DNA from: Octopus vulgaris
Taxonomy: Eukaryota
NCBI GenBank assembly: GCA_951406725.2
Contig: OX597820.1
Span: forward strand, 57,598,001-57,662,000
DNA length: 64,000 nt
Reading direction: 5' to 3'
The notes below the pieces were generated by a model. That model was not told where the DNA came from, searched no databases, and was given only the letters and a program-made list of their open reading frames with translations. Every line of letters begins with the position of its first letter. Position 1 is the first letter of the stretch. Made by a program: the position numbers and the translations under genes. Below, one piece after another: positions 42,694 through 55,881 of the stretch.

Positions 42694-45600
42694 TATGAGG
42701 GAGTGGTGTATACAAGAATGTGTATATGTGTGTGTTAAGGCGAACTAATTTTCAATGATGCTGCGAGAGTCTTTGACATGTAAACAAATAAACAATATTT
42801 ATTATCTTTATCAAAAGGAAAAAGAAAAACCTTAAATAAGGAATTTACTTGACTTGGCAGCTGCTGATATTAAATGCTATATCATTCTGGTTGTGATAAC
42901 AGGTTTTAGAATGTTATGCATATAACAACCTAAACTATTGAAATTGTTAATCAAAAGTATCCTATGTTGCACTTTTAAAGAAACTTAACTTATAGAATCG
43001 TTGACATAACCAGAACTTATTTAACATAATGAAACAATGTTATGAAAATCATATAAAATTAGGCATCGAAAGAAATAGCAATTCTTTCAAATTTTGCCAC
43101 AAGGTCAAGAGGGGAAAAGGCTAAAGTCGATAACACACTCCAGTACTTGACTGGTACTTTATCGACCCAAAAGGATTATTATAGTTGTTATTATTAATAA
43201 TAGTTATAAATGTAGAATTCTTCACAATGTTCCCGGGGGCCATCATAAGTAGCATTTACAGGCTGCTGAGCAAAGCAATGAACGGAAAGCCTGTAGTGTT
43301 TATTTGACGAAAGACGAGCCCCTCGGACCGTACCCACCTCACCACAGGATCACTGACCAGTGAAGCCATACCTTCTTAAGACAATGCCGAGTGTTATTAC
43401 ACTCGAAATAATTTGTTCACTGTTAACGATCGAATGCCTCAAACGTTTTTAAGACCGTGATATAAATATATCCACTGAAAACAAATATTTGAGTCTTAAA
43501 TTTTGTTTTTGTTCCCTCGACTAAGCTCGCTCGCTCTTCCACAAACAGTTCAAGCAAGTAAAGACAAAACTCTTTACTATTAAACATGTGTAAAAAATTA
43601 CCGTTATTTTTGCTTTTTCACGTTATGGTAGCGATTCATATTATATTACATTATAAGTATGTGTGTGTAGAATTTTGTGTAAGGGTAATTTTTACACTTA
43701 TTTTCACATTAAATAAGCACAGAACCTATAATAACCAGCTTTTTAGCACAATAAAATTTATGGCAAATCTATAGAATAACACCCATCTCAATTACAGAGA
43801 GAAGCAATTCTTCATCGATTGTTGTGTTTGCCATCAACTAATCTGACCTCCGAACATGCCCCAAATGACTTTTTTTTTTAATCCCCGAAAACGAACATAG
43901 ATGGTAAAACTCCGAGGTTCGTCACTCTACTGCCTCCGTTTCCGGAAGAATGGGTGACAAAAATAATTTGCTGCAAGTCTGGATATTGGATTAGTTGATA
44001 GTAAGCCCACAAAATGAGGAGCAGGTATTTCCCACTGAAATCGAAACGGGTTGTTTAATCTATAAATTCACCATCTTTCGAAAAGTGTACTAAAATACTC
44101 GCTTTCCTTTTGATGATATCCGTCATTTAAAGAGTTTATCATAGTTTTGAATTACAAAATTACGAATACCACATTTTTTTTAATACTCAGGCATTAGGTA
44201 AGAGTTTTTCTCAAGTTATAATTCATTTAAAAAAATTTACAGCGCACATCGCTTTCAGAACCACCATATTGGCGAGTCAACGATATCATAGCTTGAAGAC
44301 CATATAATCGTGTCAAATATCTTGAAACACGCACGTACACACACACACACACACATCATTGATTATTAGCGACAGGAACAGTATTAATTGAATAAAAGGC
44401 AATCTTTATATCCAACTTATAGATGTCTTGACAGAATACTGTATAAAGCATTATTTGCCAAAAAAGATTATGTAGGCGCTTGTTGCATAAAAGTCACACA
44501 CGTGGATCTTTCAAGGCTAATAACGCAGTATTCGGTGTTTAACAACAAATACATTTCTTTAAGTGTATCAGACATTCCGGTTAATGAAAACTTAACCAAG
44601 TTTGCACGAAATATAAATCTAAATAACCGTTTCTAATTTAGGTACAAAGCTAGCATTTTTTGCTTTAGATGATGTTAGTCAATATACTATCGAACTCAAC
44701 CAATATATTTGATTGGTAATTTATTTAATCGAAACCCGGTGGGGGATGAATGGCATAGTTGATCTCAGCGGGATTAGAACGCGGAGCATAAGCAATCTAA
44801 ACAAATAAAACAAAAATAAAATTGAAAATGATCCTAGTTTCAATACAAAGTTGAAAATGGCCGTTGCCATTCTTTTATCAAACAAAAAGGGGGGGGGGGC
44901 GGAGTATATGCAATTACCACTCAACAACCTGTTATAAACTAAACCACCCCCCTAATCATTCCGTTTCTGTCTGTCTGTCTGTTCTTCAATTTTATTTTTT
45001 TAATAAGTTCCACCAGAAACTGGAAGTAAAAAAGAACTAACTCTACAATATAATTTATTCCTAAGTTAAAACCCGGTCGGATCAACTAATGGATTAAATA
45101 TATTCCAGCCATACCTGTTTCGTCTACATGTTTCGAGTTTTTTTTTTCTTTTATTTACAATAAATAAAGTATTGTTAGAGGATAATTTAGTAATTAGCTA
45201 CTATTTCTAGCAGTTGAGCGAGCACATAGAGGTCTCATTATAAACTTACACAGTCGGTTCACTTACTTATAAAGTGAAGTAAGCTAGCATACAAATTTCA
45301 TAATTTATAAACAAAACTTAACTGAAAAGTAATCAAAATTTTAAAAAAAAGATAATACATAATACATATAAGATTATAAAATCTGATAAAATTAATGAAG
45401 GTGTTCAAAGACTGGCTAATTATAATGAGATGATTGATCTGGTGAGAAAGCAAGCAGGATCGGTGGCTGATCGGTTTCTCAAGAGTAATGTATTCTTAGA
45501 ATAATTGCTACTTTTCTATGCTTAGAAATATATTTAATACTAGTGTATATTTACCTCGCAATAATCCCATCTATAAATTTCGTGACGTTTCTACTTTGTT

Positions 45601-47610
45601 GCCGAGGTTCAAAAGCCTGTAACATGTAGAGTTACGCCCCGTACTGTCTATTAATCTTAAAACAAGTCATTGCTTTTACTGTGAACGCAGATTTTTTTCC
45701 TAGTTAGTTCTTTAAAGCATTCTGCATTGTATAGCTTGACAGTAACTCTTCCCTGCGTTAAATATATTGGCAATAAACTATTCCATTTTCAATGGAGTTG
45801 TGTAAAAACGAAGTCCTACAGTTGTAATCAGACTAATAAAAACGTCAAGTGGTTCTCAAACTGGAGAATACCAGGCCTTCACAAAAATAAGATAAAGAGA
45901 ATTTTTAGGCGCTTTTGCTAAGTCTTCATCAACGAAACGATAGAATATTGGGTGGTTTTAGCATAGCAAGAGAAGAGCACAGAACTGAGCGAATTTTTCG
46001 TTTCTATTTTAATAGAATTACGATTCTGAAAGAGGTTTTTTTTGCTTCCAAATCCCGCTTTTCAATCCCCAAATGGTAGTCTGGGCTACTAAGTATTAGC
46101 TATTTCAAAACTTCGTCCAATATTGCAGTCATATTATTATTCTTTCTGTGTGATCGGTGTTTGGCAGGTTTAAAACAAAGAATTATATGAATCATCTTAA
46201 ACATGACAATTTGTCTAGTCCTTTCCCATCATCATAGCTCTCAATTTACCGCTCTCCCGACCTCGCTTCTTGAACACTGCGAGAGACCTACGACTCTGTC
46301 TAAACGAATTCGAAAAAGGTGTAACAGGTAATTTTTTTTTTTAATTATTAAAAAAACGTGATATCTTTTTTTATAGGAATGCCATACTAGATTAAGGTCA
46401 AGGGTTGCCCAAATGAAATGAAATTCCACAAGGAAAATAAAAGATAAATATAAAAATGAAGACAATTTGAAAAAGAGTTTCAAATTTTGGTACAAGGTCA
46501 GGAATTTTAAGTAAAAGACGCAAATCAATTACGTCGATCACAGTACTCAACTGGTACTTATTTTATCTTTCTCAAAAGAATGAAAGATGAAGTCGACCTC
46601 CGCGGAATTTGAACTCGGAACGTAAAGCGCCAGAAGAAATGTCGCCAACGATTCTATCTGCCGCCATGCACACATTAAAAATAACATTTAAAGCCAACTT
46701 GTCTGAGGAATATTGGAAATCGTGTGAGGGAGTGAGAGAAAAAAAGTGGGTAAGAAGTTTGTATGCTTTACCCAATGGTCTCCATATAACAAATTCATGT
46801 GGTATTTGCTCAGGCCATACAATCAATGCAAGCGAACGAAGATCGTCCAAACGATCGATCCACCAGCTACAAGTAACAGTTCATTCTCAATATATATGCT
46901 TATTCCTTAATAAAAGAAATTCTGGTCATGGTGAGAATGTCGATGATCATCGAGTTTAAAACTCAATGACCCTCGACCAAGAGGTCGGCAACTAGTTTTA
47001 CTTAAAAATAAAATGGAATCTACACTTCACACAAAACAATACTTAAGCAAAATATATATCCAAGACTGCAAAAGTTCTTTTATGCATATGGTTTCCTCCT
47101 CCAGGCTGAATATCTCTCTCTCATGAGAGTTACAGACAATTTAACAAAAACAGAGAACTATTTTTGTTACGATGCAAAATGATAAACAACACTGCTGGCA
47201 TTAGTGCTAACAAGCTGACTTAAAAAAAAAAAAAACTCCCTTGCACTTGCTTGGCTTGTGAACATTCCCTCAGACAGCCCTCGCGCCACCTGCTAAATAT
47301 AGCAGCCGTATCTCCCTCAATAACAAATATTACCATCTCGAAATACGGAGATATTGGACATAAATATATAGAATGGGCATTCCTTCGATATAACTCGACA
47401 AAATCAAAACATTTCACTTCGGGTATTTCCGTGGAAGCAAATGACAGTTCGATTCTGTTTTCTGCTTGGAAATTTGCGGATTATACATTAACACATGAAG
47501 AACAAATATGCATGGCTTTTTTCCTTCAAGTTTAAAATGAGACATTGCTGGCATAATTTCGTTATGCGACCGAGTATTTATTTATAGGCATAGTTTCGGT
47601 TGTAGTAGCA

Positions 47611-48655
47611 CAGATTTCCGTCGATTTCCGTAAAAAACTTTTATTTTTTTACATAAGTAATGAGAGCGAAAGAGACTAAGAGGAAGCGATTTTACGACGA
47701 GAAGGTTTCACTTTGAAGTCGGCCTGTGTGTGTTTGATGGGGTGTGGGAGACAGACAGTATGTTGTGTAAGTGAAATGCTTCTGTTAGTATGTGTGAAGA
47801 GACAGACATACATATACACATACACCGAGTAAAAAATTACTATGAATCGGCCATACATACATACATACACACACACACATACATAGATACATACACACAC
47901 ACACATACATACATACATACACACACACATACTTACACACACACACACACACATAGATACATACACACACACACATACATGCAGACATACATATACACAT
48001 ACACCGAGTAAAAAATTACTATGAATCGGCCATACATACATACATACACACACACATACATAGATACATACACACACACACATACATACATACACACACA
48101 CATACTTACACACACACACACACACATAGATACATACACACACACATACATGCAGACATACATATACACATACACCGAGTAAAAAATTACTATGAATCGG
48201 CCATACATACATACATACACACACACATACATAGATACATACACACACACACATACATACATACACACACACATACTTACACACACACACATACATAGAT
48301 ACATACACACACACACATACATACATACATACACACACACATACTTACACACACACACATACATAGATACATACACACACACACACATACATGCATACAT
48401 ACATATACACATACACCGAGTAAAAAATCAGTTATCTCTCTCTTTCACACATTACTCTCTCTGTCTCTTCACACACACTAACAGAAGCACTTCACTTACA
48501 CAACATACTGTCTGTCTCCCACACCCCATCAAACACACACAGGCCGACTTCAAAGTGAAACCTTCTCGTCGTAAAATCGCTTCCTCTTAGTCTCTTTCGC
48601 TCTCATTACTTATGTAAAAAAATAAAAGTTTTTTACGGAAATCGACGGAAATCTG
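47611..48655. mobile_element. Foldback-type element: 196-bp inverted arms around a CA/TACA-rich tandem array
   Basis: 47611-47806 versus 48460-48655 shows 2 mismatches. Imperfect pairing extends to 47587 and 48679 (GGC...GCC). The internal anchor tacaccgagtaaaaaat recurs at 47821, 48000, 48171 and 48412. No TSD seen. Confidence 0.88.
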
Positions 48656-49915
48656 ATCTACGACATGCGAAACTTCGCCAACTTAGCAAATGCCTTTTCG
48701 AGGTGAACCTTACAATTATGTTGATAACATTTAGAAAATGAATCAATATCTTATCCATCCATCCAGCTATCTATCTATAGTTATACTTAGGGATGTGTGG
48801 TATATATAAAATAACCGAAAGTGGATGCGGTCCATGTCCTTTACCTCCGCCATAATAGTTTCGGATTATTTTTCACCTTCCTGACATCTACATAACTTTC
48901 TATAAGATGCATATCTTTGAATGACATCACAGAAACGCATTTTGGAAAATGTAGATTATGTATGTTGAGGGGCTCAAACATAAATTTGAAGAATGACTAT
49001 GAACAAAAAAAAAAAAGCTGAAATAAGGGAAATTGGTGAAAAAAAAAATCTCAAACTATGCCTTCAAAAACCTACAATATTTTTTTAAAATATGCATTTT
49101 GCAAAAAGTCATAAAGAAACAAGTGTGTGTGAGGTAATAATTTGTAGTTACGCCAATATCTTACAACAACTGGTTTGAGAAATTTTTACATTTCCGAACT
49201 TGATTAGGTTCCAAAAACATTTTTCTATGGTGGGAAAGTATTAAGTAGTTTCCTGTCTAATTATCACTTAGATGGTTGTAAAATAAATAGAAAAGCTTTA
49301 TGGCTAATATCCTAGGTTAATTACATTTGTTCTACGTCATATTCAAATTTCTCATAATCCCATACTTAAAACTGGTCTGGCTATATTCGCTTCGCTATTT
49401 GACCATCGTTACCGTCATCAACGTCTTAATGCCTAACTCCCATATGTAAATCATATCGCCACCATTATTATTATTGTAATTACTCTGGTGGCAATTAAAA
49501 GCAATTATTTCTCTTCTCCCAAATATTAGGCTTTGTGCCCATAGTAGCTTGCAAAATTGTTAGCATGCCGGACAAAATGCTTAGCGGCATTTCGTCCGTC
49601 TCCACGTTCTGAGTTCAAATTCCCCCGAGATCTACTTTGGTTTTCATTCTTTCAGGGTTGATAAAATAAGTACCAGTTGAACCCTGGGGTCGATGTAATC
49701 GACTTACCCATTTCTCTGAAATTGCTAACCTTTGTGGCAGAATTTGAAATCATTAATATTCTTGCTTATATAATTGCGGCGGGCTGGCAGAATCGTTAGC
49801 AAGCCAAGACAAAATGCTTAGCGACATTTCGTTCGTTATTAGGCTTTGAGTGCAAATTCCGCCGAAGTCGACTTTGCCTTTCATCTTTTCGTGTGATCGA
49901 TATAATCGACTAGTG

Positions 49916-50343
49916 GGATCTTTTCGGTTTGAACGGCAGTTTTTTCTAGCGGTGTCATACATATGAAATTGTCACCCATAATTATGACCCTAGTATCGAT
50001 CTATTGCATTTCAATCTGTTTTAAGGTTAGAGTTAGGGTTAGGGGTGGGGGGAAGGGTATCTTTTTTTCTTCAGAAATGTAGATAAACTCAATCTGTTTC
50101 TTAAACGAGGGACATATTCTAACAGCACAGAATGTTTTGACCTCAAGAGACGTCATTGATTGGTTGAAATTGCAGAAATTGAAGAAAAAAGCAACAAATA
50201 TCTTACAAACTATAGAATTTTCTCAATAAAGCCAATGGAAAAAGATGTTTTATAAACACATTCTACCAGTATACGAAGTTTAAAAGTGTTTAGTTACGTG
50301 GAAATTATTTTTAAAAAAACTGCCGTTCAAACCGAAAAGATCC
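49916..50343 (+). mobile_element. GG-terminal MITE (Merlin/IS1016-like), 428 bp
   Basis: About 30-bp TIR GGATCTTTTCGGTTTGAACGGCAGTTTTTT. Perfect 8-bp TSD GACTAGTG at 49908-49915 and 50344-50351. Inserted into a Nin/Deu-domain SINE. Confidence 0.92.
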
Positions 50344-53300
50344 GACTAGTGTCAAAAGTTCAGGCCTTGTGCCTATAATATAAAAGCTTATTTTATCGTC
50401 TCGTATCACACACGACTTCACAATTTCTTCAAACCGGAAGTCGCGTTGTAAGAATGAATGTCACCCAACCTACTTTGTACGTCTCCTAAAGAAAGTTGAA
50501 CTTAATGAAAAAGGTTATATGATTGTTATTTCATTTTTGAGATATTTCGTTTTATGTATATAAAATGGTGGACATGTAAAATGAAATGAATGTTAAGTGA
50601 ACAAGAAATCGCTTTAATATTCGGCTGTAAAATGAAATTTAAGGAAACTTGTGTGCAAAAGTGAACGAAACTAAATATCTGATTACAGCACACCGCTGAA
50701 TTGCGTGAATTAATCCGTAAGTTGAAACAAAATAGTAAATCAAATATCCTCCATGCTTATAGGCATAAGGCCTGAAATTTTTATGGATGGTCGTCTAGTC
50801 GATTTCATCGACTGGTTACATTTATCGACCCAGAAATTCCTTCGAGATGTTGATCAACAATTACACAGTAAACATATTCTTGCAGGCGCTTCTGGCCCCG
50901 ATCAGGTTGCAGTGCTTCTTCAATATATAAACAGAAAGAAAAAAAAATCAATATATATAATGTTATGGTGATTATATGGGTTTCTTTTCTTTCTTTTCTG
51001 TCTGCCATTATATGCTCACAAAGCGAAAGATCGCCAAAAAGTTTCCATATACTTTCGAAGGCGCCTCTATAATGGCTCTTTAATGCTAGAAATAGCGCGG
51101 TGCTACTGAATTGATGTCCCATACTACACAATTTTTCTTTCCTTGTATATAACTGATTCATTCAACGGATATGACGATTCTAATTTCTTTTTCTTTTCCA
51201 AAAGCAAATCTTTTTGTGACGAGACTGGTTTAAGAACCTCATAATAAATAAGCCCTCATAACTTTTTTATTTTGGACTTCTGAGAAAATGTTCGCGAATT
51301 TGTGTTCTATACACGATCTTAATCCCTCCATTTCCGTAATCTTAATTTTTTTGCAGCTAATTCGAAACTTCAGACATGACATAACAGCTAAATCTTCTAA
51401 AACTTAGACGCTCCATCGTTTACAAAACTAGGAAAAAATAAATAAGTAAAAAGAACAGTCACTCGAGAATATAATTCCAGGTATACATACAAAGTCTGAT
51501 ACAGAGATAAACAATACAATTTATGGTGAGGGTCTTTTTCTATTAGAATAACTAAGTGACTGACAAACAAATCGACACTGTGTGTTGTGACTTCGCATTT
51601 CTGATAATTGAAACTCGGGCTACTTCTACTACGAGAGATCCAGCTGGTATACATATCAAGCAGAAAGAGATGAAAGGAAAAACGATAAAAGTATCTTACG
51701 TGGGCGTAAAGTCTGATTATTTTTGCTTTCATAAGCTTAGAAAAAAATTTTTTGTTACGTCCAAGCCTTTCCGCGCGAGCTAAATAGATAGATTTCCCGT
51801 GTAAGTGAAACTGATCCTTAAGCAGGAATCGAAACCGAATGGCTTGAACTCAAGTCAGATAGGAATTTAAACTAACTTCAAAGAAGTCTCAGCAATAATA
51901 ATTATTAGGTTAAATTATATTTACATTAAATAGCAACTGAGATTCAGTGATTAAATCTCAACACATTGTAATGGTTGATTTGTTTGTTATTTTATTACTC
52001 AAAATATACTTTGCAATTTATTAAATTTTATTTTATTTTCAATGGAGAGTTCTTTTTTATAATTTTTATCTTAATTTTGATTGGATTTTTTTTTCACTTT
52101 GAAATGATGTGTGTGTGTGTGTGTGTGTGTCGTAATCGCAAACCACTGAAATTCGTTTGCTACCTCATAGACTGAATTTTTTTCGTCTTTTATAAACTTC
52201 CAAGTTTTCAATTCAGTGAAATATAATAAAACTGCAAATGGAAACCAGGTCATAAACACAATACGCAAAGAGTTTATGTTATGGCTAAAGAAAGTGTTCA
52301 CACAACTAAGATTCATCACCATAGCTTAAAACCTGAATGAACAATCTTGTGCCTTAGTTAAAACTAGCTATTTTATTGAATATTGATCATTTGCACGGAG
52401 ACAAAAGTCAATATTCATGGAGGGAAAATATAAGACAAAAAATATTACCTAAACTCCGAAGAACTTACCATGAAAGGCCAGTATTCTTAACTCTAGTTGT
52501 AGGACTCTAAAATGGATGAGAAGAATTTCCTTATTCCTGGACAGTTCGCCAGTTCATCACATTTAAGAATGAAGTAATCTTAAAATAACGGAGGCGTGGA
52601 ATTTCAAGTATCTTGCTCAAAACACATGAGGAATTTGAACTCCTGCCAATAATCTGATTATATTCTCTTCCTAAGTCCCATTTGGCCATTTTTGCTTTCA
52701 CTAGTATTCGTGAAAGATGGGTGATAATACTTATCAGTTGAATGGGTTAATACAATATTACTGGCGGCTTATTTATTATAACAATTCTACAAGTAACAGA
52801 CTTAATACATAATTAAAATCGTAGGCAACTAGCAGGATTCTATTAGCTGTTCTTTCAAATGAACACCCAATATGATAATGATTTAAATAAGTATTAAAAT
52901 TAATTTCTATAGAATACACCCGGTTGTTCAGTTCCGATCGTCAACGATAATGGATAGGCAGAAATATTAGAACGTAGGACAAAATGTGCTGCGATGGTCC
53001 TTTCTATTCTCAAGTTCAAATCCTGTTCATTTCAACTTTGTATGCTTTCAAGAGCCGATAAAAATTCGATGATTTATATACTTAGAACATATCTTGATAT
53101 GAATGACAGAGCAGAAAACCAAAGGTATCATCCCAGCGGTGACCATCACGTATTTTTCATAGGAACACTGAATCAGTATGTTGTTCTTTCTATGACGGTA
53201 GCGCGAGTTTTGAGAGAGATTCAGTTGCTATTTCTATTCTTGTTGGTCATGAGATCGATCACATTCACACTCGTCTCGCCAAATGAATTAAGATATTAAA

Positions 53301-54699
53301 GATCAATTTGAATAAGATTTTTGCTGCTATGTCTAGCAAGTCGAACGACCATATAGAAACTTCCTCATTGTCACATCTACAGTTTATAAGGAACAAGCTA
53401 TATAACAAGCATGCTTTGCTCACAAATAAAGTTTACTAATTCTTCTTACTCGTAAATTGAACTTTCTATAGTTTCAAATAATCTCCGTAATTTTCATTTT
53501 AGAAATACTTGGTGAAGTAAGAATATTCGTAAGTATATGTCACGCCATTAATAAAACAGCCAAGTTAACAAGGGGAACCTCTTTAGTGGTCGATCGAAAT
53601 GCTGGAGAATAAGCAACCAAATTAGCCATCAGATTGCACCATAGCGTCTTGAAAAAGAAAAGGACACAGGACAATGTTTTTATATAACCCTGGAAAAATT
53701 TCTTTTAAATAAAATACAAAAATAAGACATGATCATATTTGAAAGCCTTTGATAGAATCTGTATTGACCTGGGGTTAAACAACATTGCTTAGATTACAGA
53801 TATTTACTGCGAATAAAATTTGCTAACTCCCACATGCGTGTGTGTGTGTATGTATATGGATTTCCACTTCGGCATCTGAAACTCCCAAAAGTTTTATATA
53901 ATAATAATGAAATTATTGTATACAGTGCTCAAGTGCACCACCTATATATAGGTGGAAGACAAAACAGATTAAATGAAAGGGAAAATATTACGTACCTTTT
54001 CAAATAACATATTGTGGTAAAATATGTGAAAGTGATCGCGGAAAATAATAATTCTCAGACCACGCCAACGCACACGGTTTTATTTAGTAGGTGGATCCAG
54101 TAAATCAAGTATTTATTTTTATGAATAGGTTTTGATTCAAACTATGAATGCACATAAAATGGAACTCCAATTTGGCAAATAAGATAGGTAAGACACAGAA
54201 AGGTAAATTTGAAAGTATGTCTTGTGTAGTAGAGTAAAAGAAAGCCACGACGATGCGCACAAGTAGAGTGAATTAGAAGACTTGTATTTTTTTAATATAT
54301 ATATACGATCTGGTTTTAAGTACCCCGAGTAAGTTTTAGAAGAGGCAGTCAGTAGTGGTGGTTGAGAAGGTGGCAGTAAGTAACGTGGTGGTGTGAGCTG
54401 ATAAGAGCGATATTCGTCGTGACAAGTCCAGACAACAGTGGTAGCCGTCCCAACATGTTTGGATGGATGACTTGACTTCACTAACTTCCTGGCACCCACC
54501 CGCACAATCTTGTACTTTTTTTTAGTATATATATATATATATATGTATTTGTTTTGTTTTAAAAAAAGAAAGAGAGAGAGATAAAAAAATTATTTTAAAA
54601 AATCCTCTCTCACAGACGAATTACGTCTCCTGGCTGACGAGCAGGGAAGCTTACGGGCAACTAACTTCTAAAAACTTTTTCTGAACCAAGTGAAGTTTT

Positions 54700-55635
54700 A
54701 TCTTTCTTCTTACTTATTCTCCTCCTCCTCCTTCGTCGTCGTCGTCTTTATTTCATTCATTCACCTCCACTCCGCAACCTCACATGTTCACACTACTTCC
54801 TGTTAACTTTCTCCCTGCCCCCTCCTTTATTAGTTTTCTTTTACCCTTTCTCTTCCTCCTCTTTTACTCTCTCCTTTTTAACTTTTCTAATACTTTTTCC
54901 TTTCTTCTTCCACCGACATCACCCACCCCCCGTCTTATTTTCAACCATGCACTCTTCCTCCGCCTCTTTCTCTACTCCCGCTTTTTTTTATACAGTACCT
55001 TTATTCCTCCCCTTCCTCCTTTTCTCCCTCTTACTTTCACACTATCTTTACTCCTTTCTTTTACTCACTCTAACTAACTCTTTTTATTTTTTGTATTACT
55101 CCACTCTCATACAATTCTATTTCATTCACTTTTCCAGTTTTTCACTCCTGTGCCTATATCTTTCTTATTCACTCCTCTCTCTTTCAACTTATCTAGCTCT
55201 TTTTCAACACGTCATTCACTCTCTCTCTCTCTTCCTTGTCTATCTCCCTCTCTTTCCCTCTCTTATATATTACTCCCTCCCCTTCATTATTCCATAAGTT
55301 CTCTTCTAGCTCCTTCTCTTCTTTCTGTCTATTTCTTTCTTCTCCTACCCCTTTCTTTCACATGTTGCTGCTCCTGCTGACTACTTTCATTCATCTTCCA
55401 TACATTCTTGTTCCATTCTGTGTCACCACCCTCTCTCCCTCTCTTTCTCTCTGTCTTTCTTACTTCTTTTTGCTTCTATTCTCTCTTCTTTCAAACTCTT
55501 TTTCTTTTCCTCTCTGCTTTCTTATTTCTTCTCTCTCTCTCTCTCCACTTCAATTTCTTTTCTCAGCGATAAGTGTTCTTTGTATTCTCATTCTTATAAT
55601 CTTTCTCTTTCTCATTCACTCTTTATTTCTCTCTA
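54700..55635 (+). repeat. ~930-bp polypyrimidine low-complexity tract
   Basis: Strong C/T strand bias, followed by a (TATC)n array at about 55802-55880. Confidence 0.9.
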
Positions 55636-55801
55636 TATATACATACATGTGCGCGCGCATGTGTGTGTGAGTTTAGTTGAGTTTAGTTATCTACTTATCT
55701 ATACCTTTCCATGGTTCTATCACATCTCTATTCGCTGCTTTTTTTAATTCTTTAAACCTATTTGATAATTTTATTGACACCGTTAAATCTCATTTAGGCT
55801 T

Positions 55802-55881
<80 letters not shown>

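Noticed and set aside
45435-45482. GAUC-containing hairpin reminiscent of the 7SK 5' stem
   Set aside because: Too short, with no other 7SK elements visible.
47811-48430. Repeat-spacer pattern resembling a CRISPR array
   Set aside because: The spacers are homologous CA/TACA microsatellites 130-200 bp long, there are no cas genes, and the context is eukaryotic.
50753-51783. ORFs of 72-118 aa in unique-looking DNA
   Set aside because: No recognisable domain or consistent splice chain; probably decayed transposon or non-coding DNA.
54784-55670. Hydrophobic ORFs resembling membrane proteins
   Set aside because: Artefacts of the polypyrimidine tract.
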